The position numbers and the translations under genes are program-made. A stretch of DNA of 64,000 nt from Candidatus Poribacteria bacterium. GTDB taxonomy: Bacteria; Poribacteria; WGA-4E; WGA-3G. The stretch spans positions 2,976,001 to 3,040,000 of the forward strand of contig OZ251518.1 in the NCBI GenBank assembly GCA_965242965.1, read 5' to 3'. Positions 39,670 to 48,559 of the stretch are shown here, piece after piece. Each line of letters starts with the position of its first letter. Position 1 is the first letter of the stretch. The notes under the pieces are model-generated. The model saw nothing but the letters and a program-made list of their open reading frames with translations, was not told the origin of the DNA and searched no databases.

Positions 39670-41508
39670 TTAATTCCGCTTCCGTTTTGAAGCGTTAGCT
39701 CTTCTGTTTGATGCGGGTGCCGGTTGCACCTCGTCGTCTGAATACCGCGTCTGTAGATATTGCTGCGCCATCGTAAAGACATTATTGCACAGCCAGTATA
39801 ACACAAATCCGGATGCCCAATTGTAAAAGAGGAAGACGAAGATGAGCGGCATGAACTGCATCAATTTCGCCTGCATATTATCCCCGGTCGGTGCAGGTGT
39901 CATCCCCGCGCCTACTTTCTGTTGGAGCCAGGTCGTCAGCCCGTTCAGCAGCGGCAGGAACCGGACAGCATCGATTTCCGTGAAAATCAGCGGTATCGTA
40001 AACGGGAGCTCAAATAAGACATCGGGTGCAGACAAATCGTCTATCCAGAGCATAAACGGCGCGCCGCGTAATTCAACCGCACTGCCCAAGAGCGAGAAGA
40101 GTGCCCAGAATATTGGAAGTTGCGGGAGCATCGGCATACAGCCGCCTAACGGGTTCACCCCTTCCTCTTTATAGAGCCGCATCGTGGCCCTGTTCAGTTT
40201 CTGCGGGTCATCCCGGTATTTCTCCTTGAGTTCAGCGAGCTGCGGTTGCAGACTCTGCATCCTCTTCATTGAGACATGCGCCTTACGCGTCAGCGGATAG
40301 GAGGCGACTTTCATCAGCGCGGTCAGCAGGATAATCGCGATGCCGTAATTTTGAAAGACGGCGTGCAAACCTTCAAAAATCCAAAGCATCCCCCAGGCAA
40401 CAATCCCAAAAAACCCGAAATCAATGATTTCAGATAGGCGCACCGATTTGTCCGGTGCGTTAGGTGCCGTTACCTGTTTCAGGAGCGCGTCGTCCTTCGG
40501 GCCGACATAGAGCCGGAAAGCGTGCGTCGTCTCTTGCTGAGAGGCGAGTTGAAACCGCGGGATAGCTAACACAGCTGTCTCTGTCGGTGCCGCGGTCTGG
40601 ATGTCGTTCTTATCCGCCGCTTTAGAGGCATCCAACAGGTATGTTGCTTCCAACCCCGGGTCTGGAATCATAACAGCACTGAAGTATTGGCTATCCAGAG
40701 CCGCCCAGAGGACTGTAGATAATGCCCGGTCCTCCTTAAGTTCGCGCGTCGGATTTCCTTCGTCAAGGATAGTCTTCGCTCCCTCCTTGCCGTGTCTGCC
40801 ACGTTTCCCGCTCTTTTTTTCGTGTTGCAGTAAATCCGCATTAATGCCCGCGCCCCAGCGGAGTTGATAGCCGCTCCCCGGTTCCGCACTCCCCATGAGC
40901 AGCGGTGCATCCGAGACGTTCCGGAACGTCAAATCCAGCTCTACCGTATAGGTATCCGGATGAAAAGTGAACTGCTTTGCGACATGCAACTGCTCGCCGA
41001 TTGTCGTCGTGAAGGTGAGCGTTTCCGAGCCCGCGGCGTTCGCGATGTCGATTTCCGATTTATCCGCCTGCCATGTAGCGCGGAGTAAGTCCAATTGCAG
41101 TTGTGCATTCCCGAACCGCAGCGCGAGGCAGTTGAGTGCATCCGCCGGTATCAGGTTCAACGGAGCCTCAGTTGTGCCAGACCGGTCGGCGAAGTGTGTC
41201 AGTTCCCACTGCTTTGCAATCGCGAATTTTTCGTTAAAAGTGACGTGATAATTGCCTGTCTTGACCTGGACCTTCGCGTCATCAGGACTCTCCTGAATCG
41301 GCGTGAAAACGTCGGGACTCAACGGTGGCGTTTCCACGCTTTCCATCGGGGCCATCGGCGGTGTGCCTTCCTGTGTGTCAGATTTTTCGGTTTGTTCGGT
41401 AGTTGCCGGTTCTTCAGGTTGCGGTGCAAAACGGTTGCCGAACAGCAAGCTCCACGTGAGCATGACTGCAATCATCAGAACCATAGCAAGAATGTAACGT
41501 GCTCCCAT
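39670..41508 (-). CDS. yidC: Membrane protein insertase YidC
   Basis: Periplasmic domain; NYGIAIILLT, GVNPLGGCMP, WIDDLSAPD, GFVLYW. Confidence 0.96.
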   Translation of the reverse strand: MGARYILAMVLMIAVMLTWSLLFGNRFAPQPEEPATTEQTEKSDTQEGTPPMAPMESVETPPLSPDVFTPIQESPDDAKVQVKTGNYHVTFNEKFAIAKQWELTHFADRSGTTEAPLNLIPADALNCLALRFGNAQLQLDLLRATWQADKSEIDIANAAGSETLTFTTTIGEQLHVAKQFTFHPDTYTVELDLTFRNVSDAPLLMGSAEPGSGYQLRWGAGINADLLQHEKKSGKRGRHGKEGAKTILDEGNPTRELKEDRALSTVLWAALDSQYFSAVMIPDPGLEATYLLDASKAADKNDIQTAAPTETAVLAIPRFQLASQQETTHAFRLYVGPKDDALLKQVTAPNAPDKSVRLSEIIDFGFFGIVAWGMLWIFEGLHAVFQNYGIAIILLTALMKVASYPLTRKAHVSMKRMQSLQPQLAELKEKYRDDPQKLNRATMRLYKEEGVNPLGGCMPMLPQLPIFWALFSLLGSAVELRGAPFMLWIDDLSAPDVLFELPFTIPLIFTEIDAVRFLPLLNGLTTWLQQKVGAGMTPAPTGDNMQAKLMQFMPLIFVFLFYNWASGFVLYWLCNNVFTMAQQYLQTRYSDDEVQPAPASNRRANASKRKRN

Positions 41509-41528
41509 TGCGTTAAAGTGCTCCTCTT

Positions 41529-41732
41529 CTACTTGAGCGGATCGAAGCCACCGGGGTGATACGGGTGGCATTTTGAAAGTCGTTTCAGCGTTAGCCAGAT
41601 GCCTTTGAGGGTGCCATACTGTTCCAGTGCCTCCAGTGCATACTGCGAACAGGTAGGATAGAACCGGCAGGTGGGCGGCAGCAGCGGCGAAATAAACCTG
41701 CGATAAAAGCGAATGGCGTGTTGAAGTATCAT
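41529..41732 (-). CDS. yidD: Membrane protein insertion efficiency factor YidD
   Basis: [34 protein letters not shown]. Confidence 0.95.
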   Translation of the reverse strand: MILQHAIRFYRRFISPLLPPTCRFYPTCSQYALEALEQYGTLKGIWLTLKRLSKCHPYHPGGFDPLK

Positions 41733-41967
41733 TAGCGTCGCCCCTCCTCCACCGTAGCGCGAGGGCCTGTCCCTCGCGAACCCTCCCGGTCTCGCTGGCG
41801 TTGAAATATCATGAGCGTCGCCTCTCCTCCACCGTAGCGCGAGGGCCTGTCCCTCGCGAACCCTCCCGGTCTCGATTCCCCCACCGCCTCCACCGTAGCG
41901 CGAGGGCCTGTCTCTCGCGGTCCCTCCCGGTCTCGACGGCGTTGAAATATCATTAACGTCGCACCTC
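41733..41967. repeat. REP array between rnpA and yidD containing duplicated yidD RBS/start sequence
   Basis: Three TCCACCGTAGCGCGAGGGCCTGTC(C/T)CTCGCG units plus extra copies of GTTGAA(G/A)TATCAT(T/G)A(G/A)CGTCGC. Confidence 0.85.
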
Positions 41968-42336
41968 TCATTTCAAAATAGCGGCCCTACGAAAGAGACT
42001 AGACAATCCCCGTTGCGCCTCCTGACACGTCAGGGTGCAGGCAGCCGTTCTTCCGACAACCACCACATCGTAATGCGGATGTATCCGCGGCCGCAGTGCC
42101 CGGAACGCTTCACGGATGAGCCGTTTGACGCGATTACGTTGGACGCTTTTGCCCACTTTTTTGCTCGCCGTGATGCCCAAGCGCGCACCGGATACCGGCG
42201 CGTTTTCCAAGCGCGCGCAAACGTATATCACAAAATAGCGATTCAGGTATTTCCTACCCTTCTGATAGGCACGCTGGAATTCCCACCGTTTTTTCAGCCT
42301 GTCTGGATGCAGTATTTTTGTTGTTCGCAATGCCAC
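41968..42336 (-). CDS. rnpA: Ribonuclease P protein component
   Basis: [33 protein letters not shown]. Start (GTG 42336 or TTG 42330) is uncertain. Confidence 0.93.
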   Translation of the reverse strand: MALRTTKILHPDRLKKRWEFQRAYQKGRKYLNRYFVIYVCARLENAPVSGARLGITASKKVGKSVQRNRVKRLIREAFRALRPRIHPHYDVVVVGRTAACTLTCQEAQRGLSSLFRRAAILK

Positions 42337-42344
42337 CAATGCCC

Positions 42345-42605
42345 CCGTAGCGCGAGGGCCTGTCCCTCGCGATCGTCCGGTCAAGCGAATCGCCTCCGGC
42401 CCCCGTAGCGCGAGGGCCTGTCCCTCGCGATCGTCCGGTCAAGCGAATCGCCTCCGGCCCCCGTAGCGCGAGGGCCTGTCCCTCGCGATCGTCCCTGTCA
42501 CCGTAGCTCTCATCTTACCGTAGCGCGAGGGCCTGTCCCTCGCGATCCCTCGGTCAAGCGAATCGCCTCCGGCCCCCGTAGCGCGAGGGCCTGTCCCTCG
42601 CGATC
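42345..42605. repeat. Five regularly spaced REP copies (57-58-bp period)
   Basis: CCGTAGCGCGAGGGCCTGTCCCTCGCGATC at 42345, 42403, 42461, 42518 and 42576. Confidence 0.9.
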
Positions 42606-42610
42606 CTGAG

Positions 42611-43150
42611 TCATCCCGAATAATCGTGGTTGAGATACAGATATTTCTTCCACGACGGATGATAACCGCGTCCATGATAACTGCCCGAACGATTCAGCTG
42701 CAAATAGGTAAGGATAGACGGAGTTTTCGGCTGCCGCTCCAACCACATCTTTGATTCCGAGACGAGGCTGTTGCCCTTTCTGTTATTACACTTTTTGCAC
42801 GCCGTAACGACGTTCTCCCATGTCGTAGCCCCACCGCGCGAGAGCGGCACAACGTGATCCAACGTCAGCAACGCCGTCGGGAATTCCTGCCGACAATATT
42901 GACACCGGTGCCGGTCGCGGACGAGAACGTTCTTCCGCGAGAATTTGACGACGCTGCGCGGCACATTGACATAGTTTACCAGCCGAATGACATGTGGCAC
43001 ATGCATCACCGCGCTCGGAGAATGGATGACCGCGTCCGATGCCTCCTCCGTCTGCGCCGTCCCCTTGAAAACCATCTTCAAGGCGCGCCGCATATTACAA
43101 ATGTTAATCGCCTCATAACTGGCATTGAGAACTAATACGGATGTTTCCAT
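42611..43150 (-). CDS. HNH endonuclease (McrA-like)
   Basis: VLVLNASYE; RDRHRCQYC..LTLDHVVPLSRGG..WENVVTACKKCNNRKG. Confidence 0.9.
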   Translation of the reverse strand: METSVLVLNASYEAINICNMRRALKMVFKGTAQTEEASDAVIHSPSAVMHVPHVIRLVNYVNVPRSVVKFSRKNVLVRDRHRCQYCRQEFPTALLTLDHVVPLSRGGATTWENVVTACKKCNNRKGNSLVSESKMWLERQPKTPSILTYLQLNRSGSYHGRGYHPSWKKYLYLNHDYSG

Positions 43151-43389
43151 TGAATTTCCCCCTCACAGAGCCAGTTCGTTTCCACAACCTACCGCCGATT
43201 TTAGAATCTGTATATATTTTACCACATTTTCCGTTAAAATGCAATAAATTTTTTGTATTGGCGTAAAGCGTTCGGTAAATCAGGTTTAGACCGGGAAACT
43301 TACCCGTGCCTATCCGGTTCCCCCTGGTGCCTTCTCGGCTAAGATTTCTCTGGCGAGATTTCTTTTCGTGCGTGAAAAGATAAAATCGG

Positions 43390-43418
43390 TTGACATTTCG
43401 CCGTGATTGTGGTATCAT
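43390..43418 (+). promoter_or_regulatory. sigma70 promoter (extended -10) facing the E1-alpha gene
   Basis: TTGACA 43390-43395, 17-nt spacer, TGn + TATCAT 43413-43418. Confidence 0.65.
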
Positions 43419-43426
43419 ATTTCTAT

Positions 43427-43888
43427 GAGGGTGTTTCATAACTCCGTTAGGGATGCCTCTTTAGGTCCTTTAGGTCCTACATGTCTATAGAAAAACAGAC
43501 ATGTCACTGTTTTCAAGGTCCGCTAGGACCTTAATCAAGCGGCAGCGAGGTGAGCCGCTGCACATTAAGGTCCTACAGACCTTAGGGTGCTCTGTGTGCA
43601 GGATGCTATAGACATTAAGGTCTTACAGACCTGAGGCATGGCGAGGGCCTGTCCCTCGCCCTCCGGTGAACGGGGCCGATTTCTTAGTTGTTACCGTAGC
43701 GCGGGGGCCTGTCCCCCGCGATCTCTCAACCTTTGCTGAAAACGCCCGCAGTCCAGAGACCACGGATGGTTGCTGTTCAGACCGGGGCATGGCGAGGGAC
43801 AGGCCCTCGCCCTACGTGAAGGGGCGGCGTTTTTTCGCCGTAGCAGGGGCCTGTCACCGCGACGTTGAACGAATTATGAAACACCCTC
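43427..43888. mobile_element. Complete MITE-like element with 15-bp TIRs and 8-bp target-site duplication
   Basis: ATTTCTAT|GAGGGTGTTTCATAA ... TTATGAAACACCCTC|ATTTCTAT. Interior is REP-like hairpins. Confidence 0.9.
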
Positions 43889-43938
43889 ATTTCTATAGCA
43901 ACAAAATAGGCAAAGGATACGTTTGTGAGGAAAGAATT

Positions 43939-44922
43939 ATGTCAAAACCAAGCCAAGACCGGATGCTTTGGATGTACCGCAAGATGGTAGAAATCCGTCA
44001 GTTTGAAGAAGCCGCTGGAACGCTGTATCAGAGTGGACAACTTCCCGGCTTCCTGCACCTCTATATCGGTGAAGAAGCCACAGCCGTCGGCGTTTGCGCA
44101 CACCTCGAAGATGCCGATTACATTACCAGCACGCACCGCGGCCACGGGCATCTCATCGCGAAGGGTGGCAAACGCGACCGGATGATGGCAGAGTTGTTCG
44201 CCCGCACGACAGGCTACTGCAAAGGCAAAGGCGGCTCCATGCACATCGCCGATAAAGCCACAGGCATTTTAGGAGCCAACGGCGTTGTCGGCGCAGGCAT
44301 TCCCCTCGCCGCCGGTGCTGGGCTCTCCGCCAAACTCCGCGGCACACAGCAAGTCGCCGTCTCCTTCTTCGGCGATGGCGCGACGAACCAAGGTGTCTTC
44401 CACGAAACGCTCAATCTCGCCGCCGTGTGGGACTTGCCCGTAGTGTTTGTCTGTGAAAACAACCGCTTCGGGATGGGCACGCCGCAGCGCGAACATCAAC
44501 GTGTAGAGGATATCGCCGTGCGCGCGCCTGCCTACGATATGCCCGGTGTCACCGTCGATGGAAACGATGTGCTGAAGGTTTACGATGCAGCGCGGGAAGC
44601 AGTCACGCGCGCACGCGAAGGCGACGGCCCGACGCTGCTCAATTGCGATACCTATCGGTTCCGAGGGCACCACATCGGCGACCCGGGCACATCCTATCGT
44701 GACAGGGAAGAAGTGCAAGAACAGGAACGCAAACGCGACCCGATTCGGCGGCTCGCAGCCGTTCTCACCGAAGAGGAAGGCGTTACCGAAGCGCAACTCT
44801 CGGAGATTGAAGCAGAACTTGCGAAGGATTTGGAAGACGCGCTCGCGTTCGCCAAAAATAGTCCCGAACCGCTCCCCGAAGATGCTTTGGAAGATCTGTA
44901 TGCCGGCACTATCACAGTTTGA
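43939..44922 (+). CDS. TPP-dependent dehydrogenase E1 alpha subunit (PdhA/AcoA family)
   Basis: GFLHLYIGEEA, STHRGHGH, GKGGSMH, GDGATNQG..ENN, TYRFRGH. Confidence 0.92.
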   Translation: MSKPSQDRMLWMYRKMVEIRQFEEAAGTLYQSGQLPGFLHLYIGEEATAVGVCAHLEDADYITSTHRGHGHLIAKGGKRDRMMAELFARTTGYCKGKGGSMHIADKATGILGANGVVGAGIPLAAGAGLSAKLRGTQQVAVSFFGDGATNQGVFHETLNLAAVWDLPVVFVCENNRFGMGTPQREHQRVEDIAVRAPAYDMPGVTVDGNDVLKVYDAAREAVTRAREGDGPTLLNCDTYRFRGHHIGDPGTSYRDREEVQEQERKRDPIRRLAAVLTEEEGVTEAQLSEIEAELAKDLEDALAFAKNSPEPLPEDALEDLYAGTITV

Positions 44923-44975
44923 TGACGGTGACAGTTTGATGACGGTCCAACCGTAAGCAACTTTCACTGAGGACT

Positions 44976-45364
44976 GAGGGTGTTTCATAAATCGCTCAAC
45001 GTGCAGGTAGGAGAGACCTCGGGTCTCGATGCATCCGGTAGGAGAGACCTCCTGGTCTCGATGTTCCCGTAGCGCGGGGGACAGGCCCCCGCGAGCACTC
45101 AAGAACCGTTTTTTATCGTAGCGCGGGGGACAGGCCCCCGCGATGGCCAGCGTCAAGAGGTGTGTTGCCGTTTCTGTAGTTTGTGATCACCTAATCACAA
45201 ACAGGTCAGGATCAGGCGATCCTGACCTACAGGGGTGCTGAAGTCTGCCAGTCTCGATGCAACACCGTAGGAGAGCCTTCCTGGTCTCGATGCATGCCGG
45301 GGAAACGGAATCGTTCGGGGTGTCACGAAACCCTTTTGACAACAACGAGTTATGAAACACCATC
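44976..45364. mobile_element. MITE-like TIR element, opposite orientation to 12017-12649
   Basis: GAGGGTGTTTCATAA ... TTATGAAACACCATC. Its right ~65 bp is close to the reverse complement of the left end at 12017. Confidence 0.8.
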
Positions 45365-45378
45365 ACGGAAGACTCATC

Positions 45379-47112
45379 ATGGACACGTCTATAGGAAACA
45401 AATCTATGCAGGATTCCAGCCGAGATTCCCTCCAAGAAGGACAGAACGCGCTCTTTTACGGTGACTGTTTGGAGAATCTGCGGGAATACGTCGCAGACGA
45501 TTCGGTAGATGGCTGCTACCTCGATCCGCCGTTTAACTCCGATGCGAACTATAATCAGCCTTTTCGGAGCAGAGAGAAGGGGAAACAGCAGCGGGCCCCG
45601 GCGATGGCGTTCCATGATATGTGGCACTGGGACGCAGCCTCGCAGCGCGCTTATGAAAGGTTGCTTGCGTCGCCGCGCGCCGAGATTAGGGACATGGCGC
45701 GCGGGTTGTATCTCATCCTCGGAGAGAAGCCGATGACGGCTTACTGCTTCTATATGGCAGAACGGTTGCTTGAGTTGCATCGAGTGTTGAAACCGACAGG
45801 GAGCCTCTATCTGCACTGCGATGCAACGGCAAGTCACTATTTGAAAGTGGCGATGGACGCGATTTTCGGCGAAGAGAATTTTCGGAACGAGATCGCCTGG
45901 GTCTACGGAAAAGTGTCCAATGCGAAGGCGAATAAATTCCTGCGCGGGCACGACGTTATCCTCTTCTACGCGATGTCTCGCGATAGCACCTATAACGCGA
46001 TTTTTGAGGAGGACATCTCTCCGCGAAAACAGCAACTCATTCGGACAGGCTACAATACCAAGAACCAGAACGGGCTGCGCTACCTCTATATTTACGATGA
46101 CGAGGTAGTGAAGCAGAAAGAGCGCGAAGGGAAGTTGGCCCGGACAGATTTTGATGTCGTCCGTTATGTGGATGCAACGAAGGGGAATCGGGCAACCGAT
46201 GTCTTCACGATAAATATCCTGAATACGCAATCGCGCGAGAACATGGGGTATCCGACACAGAAGCCGCTTGCGCTGCTGGAGCGCATTATCACCGCCTGTT
46301 CCAATGAAGGGGATGTCATTCTCGATCCGTTTTGCGGCTGCGGCACGACGTTGCACGCCGCACAGAAACTCAACCGCCGCTGGCTCGGCATGGACATCAG
46401 TTACGGCGCGATTAACGTCGTTAAGGAACGGTTGCAGGATGCATTTCCGGATGACACTCTACGGCCTGGCCACGGGTTCACTGTTTACAACGCGCCGGCC
46501 TCTTACGCCGCCGCTGTTCAATTAGCCAATCTGGAAGTGGCAGAGGTGAAACAGGTTGAAGAGAAGAACAAAGGGCATCGCCGGAAGAAGCATCAGGCGC
46601 GCTATGATTTCCAGCACTTCATCCTGGGGCAGATTCGCGATGCGCGCGGCCGATTATTATTGCAACCGAGTCAAAGTCTGAGTCGTGATGGCGGCATCGA
46701 TGGTTGGGGCACACTCTATCTCGGCGTGGATGAACATGGCCAGGACAAAGAGGGGCTCATCCTCGTCCAAGTCAAGACGAGCAAACGTATCGGCCGGCGC
46801 GAGATAGACGAATTCTACGGTGTGATGAAGGCAGAGGAAGCGGCGATGGGCATCTTTATCAGCCTCTATGGACATCGCATCAACGGTTATGAAGATGTGT
46901 TGAGTCCGGAGGCGAAAGCGCGCGTGGAGTTGCTTCAGGCGCGGACATTTGTGCATCCGCTTGATGGGCTTGCGTGGCCGGAGTTCCAATTCTGGAGTGT
47001 GAGCGACTTAATGGAGAATCGGCAACCGCAGCTTCCGAGTTACGCCCGAAGTGAGGTGCCGCGGGCGGTTCGTGAAGCGGAGGAAACACAACTCAGGTTA
47101 GAAGTTCCATAG
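45379..47112 (+). CDS. N6A/N4C DNA methyltransferase (beta class) fused to an Mrr-like restriction endonuclease domain
   Basis: YLDPPFNS (motif IV) precedes YPTQKP..DPFCGCGTT (motif I); C-terminal DGGIDG..ILVQVK..GIFIS. Confidence 0.85.
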   Translation: MDTSIGNKSMQDSSRDSLQEGQNALFYGDCLENLREYVADDSVDGCYLDPPFNSDANYNQPFRSREKGKQQRAPAMAFHDMWHWDAASQRAYERLLASPRAEIRDMARGLYLILGEKPMTAYCFYMAERLLELHRVLKPTGSLYLHCDATASHYLKVAMDAIFGEENFRNEIAWVYGKVSNAKANKFLRGHDVILFYAMSRDSTYNAIFEEDISPRKQQLIRTGYNTKNQNGLRYLYIYDDEVVKQKEREGKLARTDFDVVRYVDATKGNRATDVFTINILNTQSRENMGYPTQKPLALLERIITACSNEGDVILDPFCGCGTTLHAAQKLNRRWLGMDISYGAINVVKERLQDAFPDDTLRPGHGFTVYNAPASYAAAVQLANLEVAEVKQVEEKNKGHRRKKHQARYDFQHFILGQIRDARGRLLLQPSQSLSRDGGIDGWGTLYLGVDEHGQDKEGLILVQVKTSKRIGRREIDEFYGVMKAEEAAMGIFISLYGHRINGYEDVLSPEAKARVELLQARTFVHPLDGLAWPEFQFWSVSDLMENRQPQLPSYARSEVPRAVREAEETQLRLEVP

Positions 47113-47530
47113 CGCGTGGGCCCTCGGATGCCATACGCGCATCCGAGAGGGTTTCCCCCGCGATGGTTCAAGAACCGTTTTTTATCGTAGCGCGGGGGCC
47201 TGTCCCCCGCGATCTCCATCGTCAAGGTATGTTTTTTAGGTCTTTAGGACAAAGAGACGTTTTTTTATCGTAGCGCGTGGGCCCTCGGATGCCATACGCG
47301 CATCCGAGCGGGTTTCCCCCGCGATCTCCATCGTCCCGATGTGTGTTTCCCTCTCTGTAGTTTGTGATCGCCTGATCACAAACGGGTCAAGATCGCTTGG
47401 CAAATATGCCAGAGCTTCAGACGATCCTGCCCTACAGGGCCTGGCGTGCGAACGATGGCGAGGGACAGGCCCTCGCCCTACGTGAAGGGGCGGCGTTTTT
47501 TATTGTAGCGCGGGGGCCTGTCCCCCGCGA
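47110..47530. repeat. REP mosaic cluster
   Basis: Multiple GTAGCGCG..CGCG hairpins and the extended CTCGGATGC..GCATCCGAG variant. Confidence 0.8.
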
Positions 47531-47563
47531 ACGGAAACCACTCGGAAACCATAGAGGTGCATC

Positions 47564-48532
47564 ATGCACAAAGTAACAGCAACCTATGAGCCACGGGATG
47601 TGATGTCGCCAAAAGAATTGGCTGAATGTCGGCGGAATTTGGAACGCCAATGGGAGACGCAACGCGTAGATGCGGCAGTGCTGCGACGCGCGTGGGATAC
47701 GGCTTATCAAGTTGCGTCAATGCTCTATGAAGATTTTGAAGCGACGCAGGTTGCCGTCGTCGGTTCCCTTACCGAGAAAGGATGGTTCACAGAATTTTCG
47801 GATATTGACATCGCTGTCTGGGGGCTTTCAGCGGATGTATATTTTGACGCGCAACGAAAAACAAATCGCATGAGTCCAGAATTTAAGATCGATCTTGTCG
47901 ATTTCGCGGCTGCCCGCGGTCCGTTTCGTGAACGCCTTCTGAAACAAGCGATGCTTATTCGGAAACGGGAGATGGCCGCGCCCCAGTGGTGCGCGCAAGA
48001 AGTCAGTGCAATGTTCGTTGAAACGGGAGAAATTTACGAGATGCATCGAACTAAACTCACCCAACGTATCGGTGACGAACTCGGGAAAATTGAGCGGATT
48101 CTTGAAACTATCACGGAAGCAATGGGTGAACTTGACGTAGTCGCCGCTCGGCACAGGAAATTTTTAGAACATTCAATCGCCGAGAATCTCGCGAAGGTTT
48201 ACCATAACATTGAGCGGATTTTCGAGCGGATTGCCCGTGAGATAGACAGACATGTGCCGAGTGGCGAGGAGTGGCATAAAGCCTTGCTAGCGCAAATGGC
48301 AGAACCTCGCGCGCAACGGCCGCCTGTCGTCTCCCAAGAAACGGCGGTGCTACTTGAGGAGCTCTTAGAATTCCGCCACAAGGTTCGCAATATCTATCCC
48401 GAGGAACTGGTCTACGAGCTCACCGAGGCGCATGCAAAGCAGATTCACCGACTCTTTGCCCGCGTGTCCACTGACTTGGACAGGTTCGCGGATGCCCTCG
48501 CGCGGCACGAGAAGGATGAAGATATATCTTGA
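47564..48532 (+). CDS. Fused minimal nucleotidyltransferase (MNT) + HEPN/HepT-like domain, copy 1
   Basis: VGSLTEKGWFTEFSDIDIAV (GS..DxD); C-half IERIFERIA..WHKALLAQM..EFRHKVRNIY. Confidence 0.8.
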   Translation: MHKVTATYEPRDVMSPKELAECRRNLERQWETQRVDAAVLRRAWDTAYQVASMLYEDFEATQVAVVGSLTEKGWFTEFSDIDIAVWGLSADVYFDAQRKTNRMSPEFKIDLVDFAAARGPFRERLLKQAMLIRKREMAAPQWCAQEVSAMFVETGEIYEMHRTKLTQRIGDELGKIERILETITEAMGELDVVAARHRKFLEHSIAENLAKVYHNIERIFERIAREIDRHVPSGEEWHKALLAQMAEPRAQRPPVVSQETAVLLEELLEFRHKVRNIYPEELVYELTEAHAKQIHRLFARVSTDLDRFADALARHEKDEDIS

Positions 48533-48559
48533 CATGCTTCACGCGGAGGAACTCGCCGC

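Noticed and set aside
42345-42605. CRISPR-like array (30-bp palindromic repeat, 27-28-bp spacers) beside an HNH gene
   Set aside because: Three of four spacers are near-identical, the repeat is the window-wide REP family, and no cas genes are present.
43666-43938. Long N-terminal extensions in the ORF track (also at 10921, 15796, 20141, 20890, 52027 and 58027)
   Set aside because: The extensions run through REP/TIR or spacer DNA; downstream starts with good RBS were used instead.
44966-45374. 10-bp TSD ACTGAGGACT / ACGGAAGACT around the 44976 element
   Set aside because: Two mismatches, a length inconsistent with the 8-bp TSDs, and the right copy resembles the local RBS motif.
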